IMG/VR virus record: IMGVR_UViG_3300010965_000002
Location: 32,001 to 96,000 of that record
Length of the DNA stretch: 64,000 bases
Direction: 5' to 3' (one strand)
From: a virus
This document shows positions 7,763 through 17,063 of the stretch, in pieces (positions within the stretch are counted from its first letter, which is position 1; every line of letters starts with the position of its first letter). The notes under the pieces are model-generated. The model saw only the letters and a program-made list of their open reading frames with translations, searched no databases and had not been told where the DNA came from. The position numbers and the translations under genes were made by a program.

Positions 7763-8084
7763 TGCTTTCTCCTAGAGTGTGATGCGCGACAAAATCAGTA
7801 GGCCACGCAAACACTGTTTCTTTGTCTTTCTCCAACACAAGGGCTGGAGGTCTTGGAACCTTGCAAGTGTTGCGACGATATATCGCCATGCCTGCACACT
7901 GCTGATTCTTTATTGCATGGCAAGGATACGGAAAATCCGTCCGAGCAATTGCAACAAACTCCTCTGCCGTGTGTCCACCAAGCCAACCCTTTAGACTGTC
8001 ACGACGCCAAGGACAATCACTGCAGGGCGTTGTATGTTGGCACTCTGATACGACTGCTTCATCCTTGCTTATGAGTTTTGACAT
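7734..8084 (-). CDS. Cys-rich putative Zn-binding protein (DUF6283-like)
   Basis: PCSDCPWRRD...YPCH...QCAG pattern; AAGGAG RBS. Confidence 0.55.
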   Translation of the reverse strand: MSKLISKDEAVVSECQHTTPCSDCPWRRDSLKGWLGGHTAEEFVAIARTDFPYPCHAIKNQQCAGMAIYRRNTCKVPRPPALVLEKDKETVFAWPTDFVAHHTLGESNGRTSSKAS

Positions 8085-8502
8085 CTTTGTCTCCTTTGGA
8101 CAGATTAGCGAAAGCAAAGCCTATGGCGTCAAACAAGTCGTGCGACATATTGAAGACCTTTGGCTGGCTGACGACTTGGAACTTCGTATCCTTATTGGAG
8201 CGTTTGTCCCAACGCTTCTGCACTTTCTTGTGATAGGCCTCAGTCTGATTACGGCGACGCTTATGCTGACGCACTGTAATCTCTACGGCATTTACAGGTA
8301 CACGCTTTTTGAGCATGGTCATCTTCAACGTGTGCCCATCATCGAAGTCACCGTGTTGAATCAATGGCATCTTCATCAAGGCGTCAAGACGTTCTTTGGC
8401 AAAGAAGGACGTACCAGAGCCACGGCTGCCACCTAGGATAACAAGTTCGCCTTTACGAAAGCCACCATTGAAGTCCAACTTTGTTAGATAGTCTGCAACC
8501 AT
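8059..8502 (-). CDS. Hypothetical protein with degenerate P-loop-like N-terminus
   Basis: GGFRKGELVILGGSRGSGTSFF resembles DnaB/RecA Walker A context but lacks the Lys. Confidence 0.6.
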   Translation of the reverse strand: MVADYLTKLDFNGGFRKGELVILGGSRGSGTSFFAKERLDALMKMPLIQHGDFDDGHTLKMTMLKKRVPVNAVEITVRQHKRRRNQTEAYHKKVQKRWDKRSNKDTKFQVVSQPKVFNMSHDLFDAIGFAFANLSKGDKDVKTHKQG

Positions 8503-8503
8503 G

Positions 8504-8728
8504 TTAACTGTCCTCCATAACGATCAGCTTGTTGGGAATGTCACCATTGGTGAGTTTGTTACGCAGGATGCGCAGGTCTGTCTTGGCTGTCGCCAGATTC
8601 TTGCGGCCATTAGGCGAACAATCGGCAAACACGCTCTCACCTTCAAAGCGTTCATCTTCTACGGGCACAGATGAAATGTACAAACGGTTAACGCCGTTGT
8701 CCTCAAGCACACCAATATAGATCGGCAT
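8504..8728 (-). CDS. Hypothetical protein
   Basis: Tight tiling between neighbours. Confidence 0.6.
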   Translation of the reverse strand: MPIYIGVLEDNGVNRLYISSVPVEDERFEGESVFADCSPNGRKNLATAKTDLRILRNKLTNGDIPNKLIVMEDS

Positions 8729-8729
8729 A

Positions 8730-9371
8730 TCAAGCCTTTGGAAGTGTTACGCCCGTTTGGCCTTGGTATTTTCCACCACGGTCACGATAACTGGTTTCAC
8801 AAACGTCATCACGATCAGCCTGCAAGAACAACAGTTGTGCACAGCCTTCGTTGGCATAGATACGCGCAGGCAGCGGCGTGGTGTTGGAGAACTCCAGTGT
8901 GATGTGTCCTTCCCACTCTGGTTCCAGAGGTGTCACGTTGACGATGATGCCACAACGTGCATACGTGCTCTTGCCCAAGCAGATAACCAGAATGTCACGC
9001 GGGATGCGGAAGAACTCAACCGACCGTGCCAGAGCAAAGCTGTTAGGTGGAATCACGCAGGAATCACCCGTCATGTCAACAAAGCTCTTGTCGTCAAAAT
9101 TCTTCGGGTCAACCACAGTGCTGTGAATGTTGGTGAACACCTTGAATTCTGGTGCGCAACGAATATCGTAGCCATAGCTTGAGGTGCCGTAGCTAATGAT
9201 CTTGGTGAACCGGACGTTGACTTCATCAAGGTCTGTGTGCTCACCGTAATGCTGAGGGTGGCTGGACTCTCGAACTTGACGAGGCTCAAAGCCTTCGATC
9301 ATTGGTTTGCGCCCATCCAAGGTGAATCGGCACTGTTCTCGAATCCAGTTATCGCTTTTGATTCCACTCAT
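8730..9371 (-). CDS. dcd: dCTP deaminase
   Basis: [56 protein letters not shown] motifs. Confidence 0.97.
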   Translation of the reverse strand: MSGIKSDNWIREQCRFTLDGRKPMIEGFEPRQVRESSHPQHYGEHTDLDEVNVRFTKIISYGTSSYGYDIRCAPEFKVFTNIHSTVVDPKNFDDKSFVDMTGDSCVIPPNSFALARSVEFFRIPRDILVICLGKSTYARCGIIVNVTPLEPEWEGHITLEFSNTTPLPARIYANEGCAQLLFLQADRDDVCETSYRDRGGKYQGQTGVTLPKA

Positions 9372-9865
9372 GATTTTTTACTCTTTTCATAGTTAGCCCA
9401 AAATACAAGGGCAGCGTTGATACTCTTTGGCTTCTTAGGCCAGCGGCGCAACAGTGACGCACGCAAAGCCTTCACTGTTTGAATGTTGTGCTCTCGGGCT
9501 GTGTTTACGGCACAACGCAGGATGTCAAATTGCAGAGGCGTTAGCTCTGGTAGTTTCTTAGGCATATGCAAATCGTCCAATATCTCCAAGGCTTCTTCGC
9601 CCCACAAGCTCGGTTTGATAGTCACCTCAGTAGACCAACAATCACGACTGTCGATAAAGATGAAACCTTGGTTGTATAGCTTTTCAGCAACTGGGCTAGC
9701 CTTGGTACGCTTGATGCACTGGTGTTCAACAGCCTCAGCTAATAACCGAATGCAGTGACCGCCAAGGCTGTGCAAGTCGTTCGCCGCCTGCCAGCGTTCT
9801 ATGTCTGTTTCAAACCAGCTATGTGGCCTGCTTGGCCGCGCAGCAACTTCGCTTTGTCTTCGCAT
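9368..9865 (-). CDS. Hypothetical protein
   Basis: ATGA overlap with dcd start; start uncertain. Confidence 0.6.
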   Translation of the reverse strand: MRRQSEVAARPSRPHSWFETDIERWQAANDLHSLGGHCIRLLAEAVEHQCIKRTKASPVAEKLYNQGFIFIDSRDCWSTEVTIKPSLWGEEALEILDDLHMPKKLPELTPLQFDILRCAVNTAREHNIQTVKALRASLLRRWPKKPKSINAALVFWANYEKSKKS

Positions 9866-10236
9866 AACTTGGCCTCTTTACGTTCGTGCTCAGTAGGTCG
9901 GCTGCGACTGTTTATCAGTCGGGCATACGTCTGTTCAAAGTCTTGTGCAGTACCAGTCAGGTACGCGACTGCCGCTGCAAGCCCAGCATTGAAGGCGTGT
10001 TCACCGATCTTGTCTGCAAGCTCACGCAGATTGAAGTCTTCATCGGTTGATGATACCTCAGCCATCCAGGCGTCCAACTGTTTCTTTGTTGGCTTGGTAC
10101 TAACAGGACGACTGTTAAGCTGTGCAATCGTTGACGCGGCCAATGCCATAGACATATGGGACTTGAAACCACCGCCTCGGTTAGGCACCGGAATGTGTCC
10201 GATAGTACCCACCATGATTTTGTTGCGTTCGGTCAT
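9799..10236 (-). CDS. Hypothetical protein with EF-Tu-like N-terminal peptide
   Basis: AAGGAG RBS; ERNKIMVGTIGH. Confidence 0.65.
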   Translation of the reverse strand: MTERNKIMVGTIGHIPVPNRGGGFKSHMSMALAASTIAQLNSRPVSTKPTKKQLDAWMAEVSSTDEDFNLRELADKIGEHAFNAGLAAAVAYLTGTAQDFEQTYARLINSRSRPTEHERKEAKLCEDKAKLLRGQAGHIAGLKQT

Positions 10237-10391
10237 GCCAGTAACTCCTTGACTGCGGCCAGGATTGCTGTGCGCAGATTCTTGATTGTACCCAAACGGG
10301 TAATTTCAGCGTGTTTGTAGAAAGCGTCTTCGGCCTTCTTCCAACGGGCTGCGGTGATTGTTCGGACGATGGTGAGAACGCTGTCGCTCAT
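10233..10391 (-). CDS. Small hypothetical protein (52 aa, not in the ORF track)
   Basis: MSDSVLTIVRTITAARWKKAEDAFYKHAEITRLGTIKNLRTAILAAVKELLA; ATGA overlaps at both ends. Confidence 0.7.
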   Translation of the reverse strand: MSDSVLTIVRTITAARWKKAEDAFYKHAEITRLGTIKNLRTAILAAVKELLA

Positions 10392-10891
10392 ACTGTCTTT
10401 CGGGTGCGGTTACGCCGCGTAGGTTGTTTTGCTACTACTGGTGGGCGTATCCAGTACATCTTTTCACCCTCTTCACCAAACGTTCCGACTTGACGCTGTG
10501 TACGCAATCCTTCCAGATCACGCATGTAGTTGCGGCTTAAACCCACGTACCAACCATGTGAATGAGAGGCACGTGCTTTGTGCAGTACATCAGTTGCCCA
10601 GCCACCGTGGTCAGGACGACAGATGATAGGCCACCGTGTTGGACTCCACTCCAGTTGGGTAGCATCCAATTTTTCAACCAGCGGTGACTGACCTCGGCGG
10701 CTAGCCAAGTCCACGCCACGCAAGCGCAGACCTCGTCGAGCGGCTTCTTCCAACACGTAGCCTGTACCGCTACCGCATTCAATCAGTTCGACCTTCTGGT
10801 GATGTACGCCAATGAAATGCCAGAAGGCATCTGTCGGCGTGAAGAAACGCTGGGCTGGCAATTCCGTCTGCATCAAAGCAAGGCGGCGCAT
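10388..10891 (-). CDS. Class I SAM-dependent methyltransferase-like protein
   Basis: Motif I LIECGSGTG, acidic motif II GVDL, then LDA; start uncertain (10891 or 10873). Confidence 0.65.
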   Translation of the reverse strand: MRRLALMQTELPAQRFFTPTDAFWHFIGVHHQKVELIECGSGTGYVLEEAARRGLRLRGVDLASRRGQSPLVEKLDATQLEWSPTRWPIICRPDHGGWATDVLHKARASHSHGWYVGLSRNYMRDLEGLRTQRQVGTFGEEGEKMYWIRPPVVAKQPTRRNRTRKTV

Positions 10892-10908
10892 AGTTTGCAA
10901 TTGATCTA

Positions 10909-11439
10909 CTACCACTGAGTTCTCCGTTCGTCGGCCACCAAGCCTGCCATGCTGAGGCACCGCTTGACGGTCGTATCGCAATAGTCCGTTGCAACCTCTG
11001 AGGTCTGTTTTAGACCCATAATCTTGAACACAATATGCAACGCAATCATCTGTTCAGGAGTAGCGGCTGCTTTTGGCAAATCAACCGATGGTGGGCCAAG
11101 CAATCGTGCAGGACACACACGAATGACATTTAGCTTCCCGTGAACGTGGTGCTCAAACTTTTGGAATTGAAACACGTTCAATTCATCTGGGTCATCTGGC
11201 AGTTCCAGCACAGTACCAGTACCAGGCACAGGCTTGTTATCGTCATCAGTCTCCATGTCAAGACGGAATTCAGCAAGCAACTGCGGATACAGGATTGCCA
11301 GCACAGCCCCGTGCCACCACTGACGAATCAACGTGTACACAGTACCGTCCTCAGCAATGATGTAGCCGTGTGGACTGTACATTGGCTCCACTGGAAACTT
11401 GGTAACCTCAGCGGCGCGTTCAATAGTGATTGCCATCAT
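10909..11439 (-). CDS. Hypothetical protein
   Basis: ATGA overlap; tiling. Confidence 0.7.
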   Translation of the reverse strand: MMAITIERAAEVTKFPVEPMYSPHGYIIAEDGTVYTLIRQWWHGAVLAILYPQLLAEFRLDMETDDDNKPVPGTGTVLELPDDPDELNVFQFQKFEHHVHGKLNVIRVCPARLLGPPSVDLPKAAATPEQMIALHIVFKIMGLKQTSEVATDYCDTTVKRCLSMAGLVADERRTQW

Positions 11440-12071
11440 TTAGCTCCGTAGGTCTTTGCAAATCGCACGATGTTGTCCTTCGCATTCAATTCGTACAGGA
11501 AACGTCCACGATTGGTATGGAACAGATACGGGCGACGTGCAGCAAACCCCGTCAACCAAGCACTTGACGTTGCCAAACCTTCTGCTGTAGGCGGCATACC
11601 AGTTTGTTCTCGGATGATGTTCTTTTGGTTCTGCACAAAGGTGCGGTACACAGCACCCATACTTGAAATGTCGGCATCAAGCAATGTGGCAATAGCACCT
11701 TTAACCAAGCTACGGGACTGGTGCATGTCCATAGACGTAAGACGAACCAGTGTATCAGCCTCTTGCACAAGGGCGATTTGCTTGGGCGTCAGCGCCAAAT
11801 TGCGTGCAGCCAATTTCAAGGCCGCTGCACTTGCATCTTCATTGACGTTAATGGCTGCGCCTGGAATGTACACCGCGTCATGCCAACGTGCGGCCAGCAT
11901 AAGTGCAGGGCTAGCTCCACCCATTGCAAACAATGCCGTTGCAACTTCGTTTGCGTGTGACAGAGTGTGGTAGTGGCGCTTAGGCATACGATACCAAACT
12001 GCGGCTGCGTCCCACAGCGTTTCCAAACCGTCTTGAGCCAACCACGCGCGGGCTGGATGATCGTGAAGCAT
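11436..12071 (-). CDS. HD-superfamily metal-dependent phosphohydrolase (COG4339-like)
   Basis: RHYHTLSH, WHDAVY, NEDASA, LLDAD motifs. Confidence 0.8.
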   Translation of the reverse strand: MLHDHPARAWLAQDGLETLWDAAAVWYRMPKRHYHTLSHANEVATALFAMGGASPALMLAARWHDAVYIPGAAINVNEDASAAALKLAARNLALTPKQIALVQEADTLVRLTSMDMHQSRSLVKGAIATLLDADISSMGAVYRTFVQNQKNIIREQTGMPPTAEGLATSSAWLTGFAARRPYLFHTNRGRFLYELNAKDNIVRFAKTYGAK

Positions 12072-12073
12072 GT

Positions 12074-12412
12074 CTATCTCCTCATTGCGGCTACGTCTTT
12101 TGCAGCCTCTGTGTTAAAAATCGGGACGATGTTGGACTTATGCATTGTAGCCAAGCCAACGATTTCGGTGCCTGTGTAAACGTTCACAGGTACTGGAGCC
12201 GTACTACCACCAGGTGTGGAGAACGACTTTATTACGCGCTGTGCTTCGGGCGTATGTAGTTTAAGAGTTTGTATTTGAGGCTCAGACTGTGTAATGCGAC
12301 CTGTCGGTGATGGCGTGCGTGCAAACTTTGGTACGTTAGCCCATCGGTCTTGCACGGCAGCCCAATCAGCCGCCAGATCACGTTGCGCCTTGGTTGGTTT
12401 ACGCTTTTTCAT
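12074..12412 (-). CDS. Conserved phage hypothetical protein
   Basis: YTGTEIVGLATMHKSNIVP motif, recalled from large-phage hypothetical proteins. Confidence 0.7.
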   Translation of the reverse strand: MKKRKPTKAQRDLAADWAAVQDRWANVPKFARTPSPTGRITQSEPQIQTLKLHTPEAQRVIKSFSTPGGSTAPVPVNVYTGTEIVGLATMHKSNIVPIFNTEAAKDVAAMRR

Positions 12413-13437
12413 GAGAACGATAACATCCTGTATATTGGACTAACTGTAGTTAGCCACTTTTGATACTCAGCCGTGGGCTTGCTGTTAACCAACACAATAT
12501 GATGCAGTGGACTTACATAAAGACCTGAACTCTTTCCTGATGAAGTATGTAGAGCTACTACGTTGCTGACACGCACTAAGCTATTTACATATTCATCCCA
12601 AGAAACTTCACGGGGGAGCTTCACAGTTTTAACTCGACTCTCAATTACCCATTTGGCAGCTTGTTCGTAGAAACTACGCTCCATACTGCTATGTGGGTCG
12701 GTGTCTAAAAAACTCAGTGTTGCACTGTCTTTTGCTTCGTCTAACCACTTATACATCGCAATGCTAAGAGCCTTAGCTTGTTTGATGATAGGTGCGTTGC
12801 GTCGTTTGTCGTACAGATGCAAACCAACTTCGGTTCCTGAAAAACAACGTGTAAGACCTTCGTCGAGTACGTCGAGTTGACCTCGAAAGTCGCCTAACGA
12901 TCTGCATTTGAACTTTCGTAGCTGGTCAACTCTACCGGCAAAAAGTATTAGGTCTTCATCTACACTCTTGCTGGCACGGGCGTCGTTAGCCAAATCAACT
13001 AATGTTGAGAAGGCCACAACCAAGTCTACAGGTACTGTAGTGAATACCAGTGCCCAAGGCAGCGATTGACGTGTGTAAGCACCTGTCATATGATGTTGAT
13101 TGCACAATCCCTTGTCTGCGTCCTCAGACAGATTTAATAGACTGTCAATCAATGGCATGTACCAATCATACTCTGGATTGGCGTACCGTGTGGACCTAAC
13201 AATCTTTTTAGCCACATCTGATACCAGAGAGACTGCAGGAGCTTGCTTTGACCCACACCAAGTGTGGTAGTCAGCATCAATAGCACTTAGCGCAGCCCCA
13301 TACGTATGATTGTCTTTTTCAAGCTGTTGAATAAGCGTAGGCACTTGTTCTCGCACGTTGACCCAGTTAGTAACTAGACCGTTCGTGCGATTTTGAAATC
13401 GAGGAAAACTTTTTTCCACTGTTTCATAGAAAGTCAT
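12409..13437 (-). CDS. Hypothetical protein, paralog of 13446-14540
   Basis: C-terminus AAKWVI...LPR...W.EYVN.L...KWL.T.SPIYR.L.FS shared with neighbour. Confidence 0.75.
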   Translation of the reverse strand: MTFYETVEKSFPRFQNRTNGLVTNWVNVREQVPTLIQQLEKDNHTYGAALSAIDADYHTWCGSKQAPAVSLVSDVAKKIVRSTRYANPEYDWYMPLIDSLLNLSEDADKGLCNQHHMTGAYTRQSLPWALVFTTVPVDLVVAFSTLVDLANDARASKSVDEDLILFAGRVDQLRKFKCRSLGDFRGQLDVLDEGLTRCFSGTEVGLHLYDKRRNAPIIKQAKALSIAMYKWLDEAKDSATLSFLDTDPHSSMERSFYEQAAKWVIESRVKTVKLPREVSWDEYVNSLVRVSNVVALHTSSGKSSGLYVSPLHHIVLVNSKPTAEYQKWLTTVSPIYRMLSFS

Positions 13438-13445
13438 GTTGCATC

Positions 13446-14540
13446 CTAAGAGAATGCTAGCAATCTGTATATAGGGCTACTTGTTTGCAGCCACTTCCAG
13501 AATGCAGCGTTAGGTACGCTGTGACAAAACACAGCATGTTGAAAGGCATCGGCCAAGCAATCTGCCTTACGTTGTTCTCTGTTGGCAAGAATCGCGTTCT
13601 GAACTGTAGTCAAACAGTTCACGTATTCTTTCCATTCGGGAAGTCTAGGCAGACTGGTAGTAGTCAAACCGTTGGTGATAACCCATTGGGCGGCCACTTC
13701 ATGTAGTGAATGGCATACTTTATTGCGACTGTCGCCATGCTCTAAGCTGAAAGTGTGCTCTGATGCAGGCGCTGTAGAAATCCAGTCATACAGATCGCTA
13801 ACCAGGGTTAGCAAAGCTCGTTGGATTCTTACTGGAACTTTCTTATCTTCCACGAAGACGCCCAAACTTGAGTAGCTAAATAACTGACCTAGCTTTTCAC
13901 TATCAGCTTTCAACGTATTTGTCAAGTCCTCGGAAGAGGAAATGTGCTTCATCCATTTTGTAAGACTAAAGTCCTTTAGCTTTGCAACGACATTTAATAG
14001 TGTCACCTTGTTATCCCAATCGTTTTCTTGTGCTGACCGTTCAGCTTGAAATCTCATTGGCGCAATCTCAAGTAAATCCGTCTTTATATTTGACAGATCA
14101 TAAATGAGTGTTTCAGGAATTTGGCTAAATGCTACAGCCCAGACTTCACTAACGGTGGTTCCTGGGCCGTCAATCAAGTTAGCACAAAAGCCGTCATTGA
14201 TGGCGGCACGGCGACCCTCTTTGTTCAAGAGCGCGTTTGCAGGATAGTCAGCCCATGTGTAGTCTGGATAACTACGTCCACGTATTGGGAACGCTAACCA
14301 GTGATGTGTTAGCTTAACGTCTATGGGGATGAAATCTTCTTGGCTTTTACTCCACAACAAATAGTCCTGTTCCATGGATTTAGTGTCTATTTGTCGATGG
14401 CCTTCTGGTACAAGTCGGCTAGACTCCGCGAACGACGGAAAGATTTTTTCCATTTTGTCCCAGTCAACATCCAGCTTATGCTCAGACTTGTAAAAACTGG
14501 GCACTGGGAATAACTGATGCAAGTTTCTGTCGAATTTCAT
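13446..14540 (-). CDS. Hypothetical protein, paralog of 12409-13437
   Basis: Shared C-terminal domain; low GC. Confidence 0.75.
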   Translation of the reverse strand: MKFDRNLHQLFPVPSFYKSEHKLDVDWDKMEKIFPSFAESSRLVPEGHRQIDTKSMEQDYLLWSKSQEDFIPIDVKLTHHWLAFPIRGRSYPDYTWADYPANALLNKEGRRAAINDGFCANLIDGPGTTVSEVWAVAFSQIPETLIYDLSNIKTDLLEIAPMRFQAERSAQENDWDNKVTLLNVVAKLKDFSLTKWMKHISSSEDLTNTLKADSEKLGQLFSYSSLGVFVEDKKVPVRIQRALLTLVSDLYDWISTAPASEHTFSLEHGDSRNKVCHSLHEVAAQWVITNGLTTTSLPRLPEWKEYVNCLTTVQNAILANREQRKADCLADAFQHAVFCHSVPNAAFWKWLQTSSPIYRLLAFS

Positions 14541-14542
14541 TT

Positions 14543-15688
14543 TTAGATTCCTCTGAAAAAACCAGGAGCACGAATACGTGCGATTTTTGCGTCTTCTACT
14601 TTATGCACATAGAGTTCAAGACGCATGGCCTCAACGATTGAGTCACGCTCAACAACACCTTGTGTAGTGAGTAGTCGCGCATTCTCCATAATGGCTACAG
14701 GGTCCTCTGTAAGTATGTTACCATGAAGCATGTAGTTGCCAACGTGGTCAATAACTGAACAGTCAATGTCAGGTCTTAACCCTCGACCAATCATCTGCTT
14801 GTACAGCGCCCGACTGTGTGCTGGTCGCACCATGATAATGGCACCTACGTTTCCAATGTCCGTACCCTCAGTAAAGACTTCGCAGTTAATCAACGCTTTC
14901 AATGAACCTTTCTCAAAGGCTCGTATAGCATTACTGCGGTCTTTTGTTGCAGTCCTGGATGTTACGGATTTGACCATAACATTGCTTTCCAGGAGCTCAC
15001 GTTCCACAAGTTCGCAATGTTCCTGATTGCAGCAATAGATAATTGCTTTACGGCCAGGTGCGTATTTCTGCCAAGCACGTAGTATGTCACCCGCTTGTAC
15101 GACAACACGTACTTTACGGAAGGCTTCATCGGCAGCAAATTCTTCTTGCACAGTCCGACGTACCTCGTTGAAGTCAACATCGGTTGATGCTATGTACTTG
15201 ATACGCGCTAAATAACCTTGTGATACCAATTCAGTTATTGAGGGTGCTGTAACAATAGCATCAAAGTCTTTTTGCAGACTGACTCCATCCTGTCGATAAG
15301 GTGTTGCTGTAGCACCTAGCACAAGTTGGTCTATAGAACGTGCTGCTATCAGAGCCTTCTGATAAGTTCTAGCGGCAGCATGGTGAGCTTCGTCAATGAA
15401 GAAGCCTGTACTCTTTTCGAGAGCTTGATACATTGACTTGCTACCTATAGTAGCCACAACGCTATTAACGCCTAAGCGATCAAACGATTTTTTGAGTTGT
15501 TTTTTAATCTCGACTCTGTGGGCAACAGCAGTGAGATTGAGGCGCAATCTACGTGCGGCTTCACCGATCATTAGAGTCTTACCTGAGCCAGTAGCACTGA
15601 CTAGCAGTATGCTACGAGCGCCTGCTCTAGCTAATGACACGATTTCACTGATACACGTTTCTTGGTATGGGTGTGGATGAAAAGACAT
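14543..15688 (-). CDS. Superfamily 2 DEAH-box helicase (UvsW/YejH-like)
   Basis: Q-motif HPYQ, SATGSGKT, FIDEAHH, ATATPYRQD, VFTEGTDI, QMIGRGLR. Confidence 0.93.
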   Translation of the reverse strand: MSFHPHPYQETCISEIVSLARAGARSILLVSATGSGKTLMIGEAARRLRLNLTAVAHRVEIKKQLKKSFDRLGVNSVVATIGSKSMYQALEKSTGFFIDEAHHAAARTYQKALIAARSIDQLVLGATATPYRQDGVSLQKDFDAIVTAPSITELVSQGYLARIKYIASTDVDFNEVRRTVQEEFAADEAFRKVRVVVQAGDILRAWQKYAPGRKAIIYCCNQEHCELVERELLESNVMVKSVTSRTATKDRSNAIRAFEKGSLKALINCEVFTEGTDIGNVGAIIMVRPAHSRALYKQMIGRGLRPDIDCSVIDHVGNYMLHGNILTEDPVAIMENARLLTTQGVVERDSIVEAMRLELYVHKVEDAKIARIRAPGFFRGI

Positions 15689-15728
15689 GGTAGTCCTATA
15701 ACAAAACAAAACAGAACGGGTGCGACAA

Positions 15729-16166
15729 CTAAGCCGCTAACTTCTCAGCTACTGCTGAGGTGTTGACACTGATATAAGGCATGCCACCGGGCAGCGCACG
15801 CCACAAGTCACGTTCCATGAGAAACGTGCAGAAGCCAGCCGCCATACCTAGCGCCAGCAATTCGTCGCAACTGCGATGTTCGCCCCATTGCTCACCATCA
15901 CGGGTAACACACAATTGCAAGAAAGACATACCACCGCCACCGCCTTGGTCAACTGGAAAGAAGTCCAGTGAGAGTTCGTTCAACATCGCCTTGATGTTTT
16001 CGGTCTGTGTCTTGACTTTGACGCTGTTGAAGCCTGCGTTCAACATTACGCTGTGAACTTTGATAGGCTCAGGTGCACCATCACGCAGTTTGCCATCAAC
16101 TACGTCGGTATCGTCGTACAGACAGGCCATGATTGTTGCTTTGACATTTGTTGCTGTGAGTTTCAT
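15729..16166 (-). CDS. Hypothetical protein
   Basis: AGGAG RBS; 145 aa. Confidence 0.75.
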   Translation of the reverse strand: MKLTATNVKATIMACLYDDTDVVDGKLRDGAPEPIKVHSVMLNAGFNSVKVKTQTENIKAMLNELSLDFFPVDQGGGGGMSFLQLCVTRDGEQWGEHRSCDELLALGMAAGFCTFLMERDLWRALPGGMPYISVNTSAVAEKLAA

Positions 16167-16181
16167 GAATATCTCCTAAAC

Positions 16182-16212
16182 GAAAAATGGATAGCACGTC
16201 AATGTGCTATCC
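16182..16212 (-). terminator. Rho-independent terminator
   Basis: GGATAGCAC-ATTGAC-GTGCTATCC followed by ATTTTTC. Confidence 0.7.
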
Positions 16213-16231
16213 GGGGTTTATATATCTAGTG

Positions 16232-16525
16232 TCAGAGGTCAGTGACGTTGACAGTAACCAGTTGCCAATTCAGCTTGGGCAAGTCCATGCCGAGAACAAC
16301 CTGATCGACTTCATCAATGTGGCTAATATGCAAAACGCGCATGGCACAATCAAAATCAGAGGTGAACTTAACTGTCTTCACCTTTGAATCGGCATCGGCT
16401 TGGTCGAGTTCGTGTATGTACGCATTGCCTAGCCGAGCCACGTAGTATTCGGTGAACGGGCGAGCATTGATGTCTTTGGCCTTAGCACCGCGTGCTTGCT
16501 TTGGGGCTGCATTTTTCTTGGTCAT
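16232..16525 (-). CDS. Hypothetical early protein
   Basis: GGAG RBS before MTKKNAA; first gene after promoter copy 2. Confidence 0.7.
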   Translation of the reverse strand: MTKKNAAPKQARGAKAKDINARPFTEYYVARLGNAYIHELDQADADSKVKTVKFTSDFDCAMRVLHISHIDEVDQVVLGMDLPKLNWQLVTVNVTDL

Positions 16526-16564
16526 CGTGGATTCTCCAGTTTTCGGCAAAATAGCCGTAATTTG

Positions 16565-16595
16565 ATTATACCACACTTTTTTGACGCTGTAAACC
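16565..16595 (-). promoter_or_regulatory. Sigma70-type early promoter (copy 2)
   Basis: GG-TTTACA-GCGTCAAAAAAGTGTGG-TATAAT. Confidence 0.88.
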
Positions 16596-16642
16596 ACGAA
16601 AAACAAGCCATTTTGCTCAATTTTTAAGCAAAACCACTGTTT

Positions 16643-16825
16643 TTAGCGGTTTTTCATGCGTGCCAAGTATGGCTTTGGTACAGGCTTCGCATTCCACTGG
16701 ACGCCTGTGCTTTCTCGTTTCCACTGGGCGCGGCGATCTCTTGGTTCACTGTCGTCTGACTGACAAGGGTCTGGGCCAAAGTCATCATCAGGTTCAAGGT
16801 CTGCAACATCATTTTGATTGCTCAT
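16643..16825 (-). CDS. Small hypothetical protein
   Basis: MSNQNDV start just after upstream stop. Confidence 0.5.
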   Translation of the reverse strand: MSNQNDVADLEPDDDFGPDPCQSDDSEPRDRRAQWKRESTGVQWNAKPVPKPYLARMKNR

Positions 16826-16826
16826 T

Positions 16827-17063
16827 TCAGTCTTTCGTTGTTTTGTATGGTACTTCTTGATCAGGTCCATTCAGACCTAACAGTAGCAAAGGTACAAACG
16901 CGAGTAACAACCAGCAGCCAGTGAATGCCCAATAGTTTGGAGACAGCAACCACGCAGGTGCAGCCGACCAATGAGAGAACAGCCAACACCAAACGAGAAA
17001 GCCTACAAACGTAAAGGCTAGAAATGCGCAGACAATTGCTGCAATAGTTATCAGTGTTTTCAT
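16827..17063 (-). CDS. Two-helix membrane protein
   Basis: ATGA overlap; two hydrophobic helices. Confidence 0.65.
   Translation of the reverse strand: MKTLITIAAIVCAFLAFTFVGFLVWCWLFSHWSAAPAWLLSPNYWAFTGCWLLLAFVPLLLLGLNGPDQEVPYKTTKD

Noticed and set aside
8059-8502. Functional replicative helicase
   Set aside because: Only 147 aa, Walker A Lys is missing and there is no Walker B; kept only as a fragment observation.
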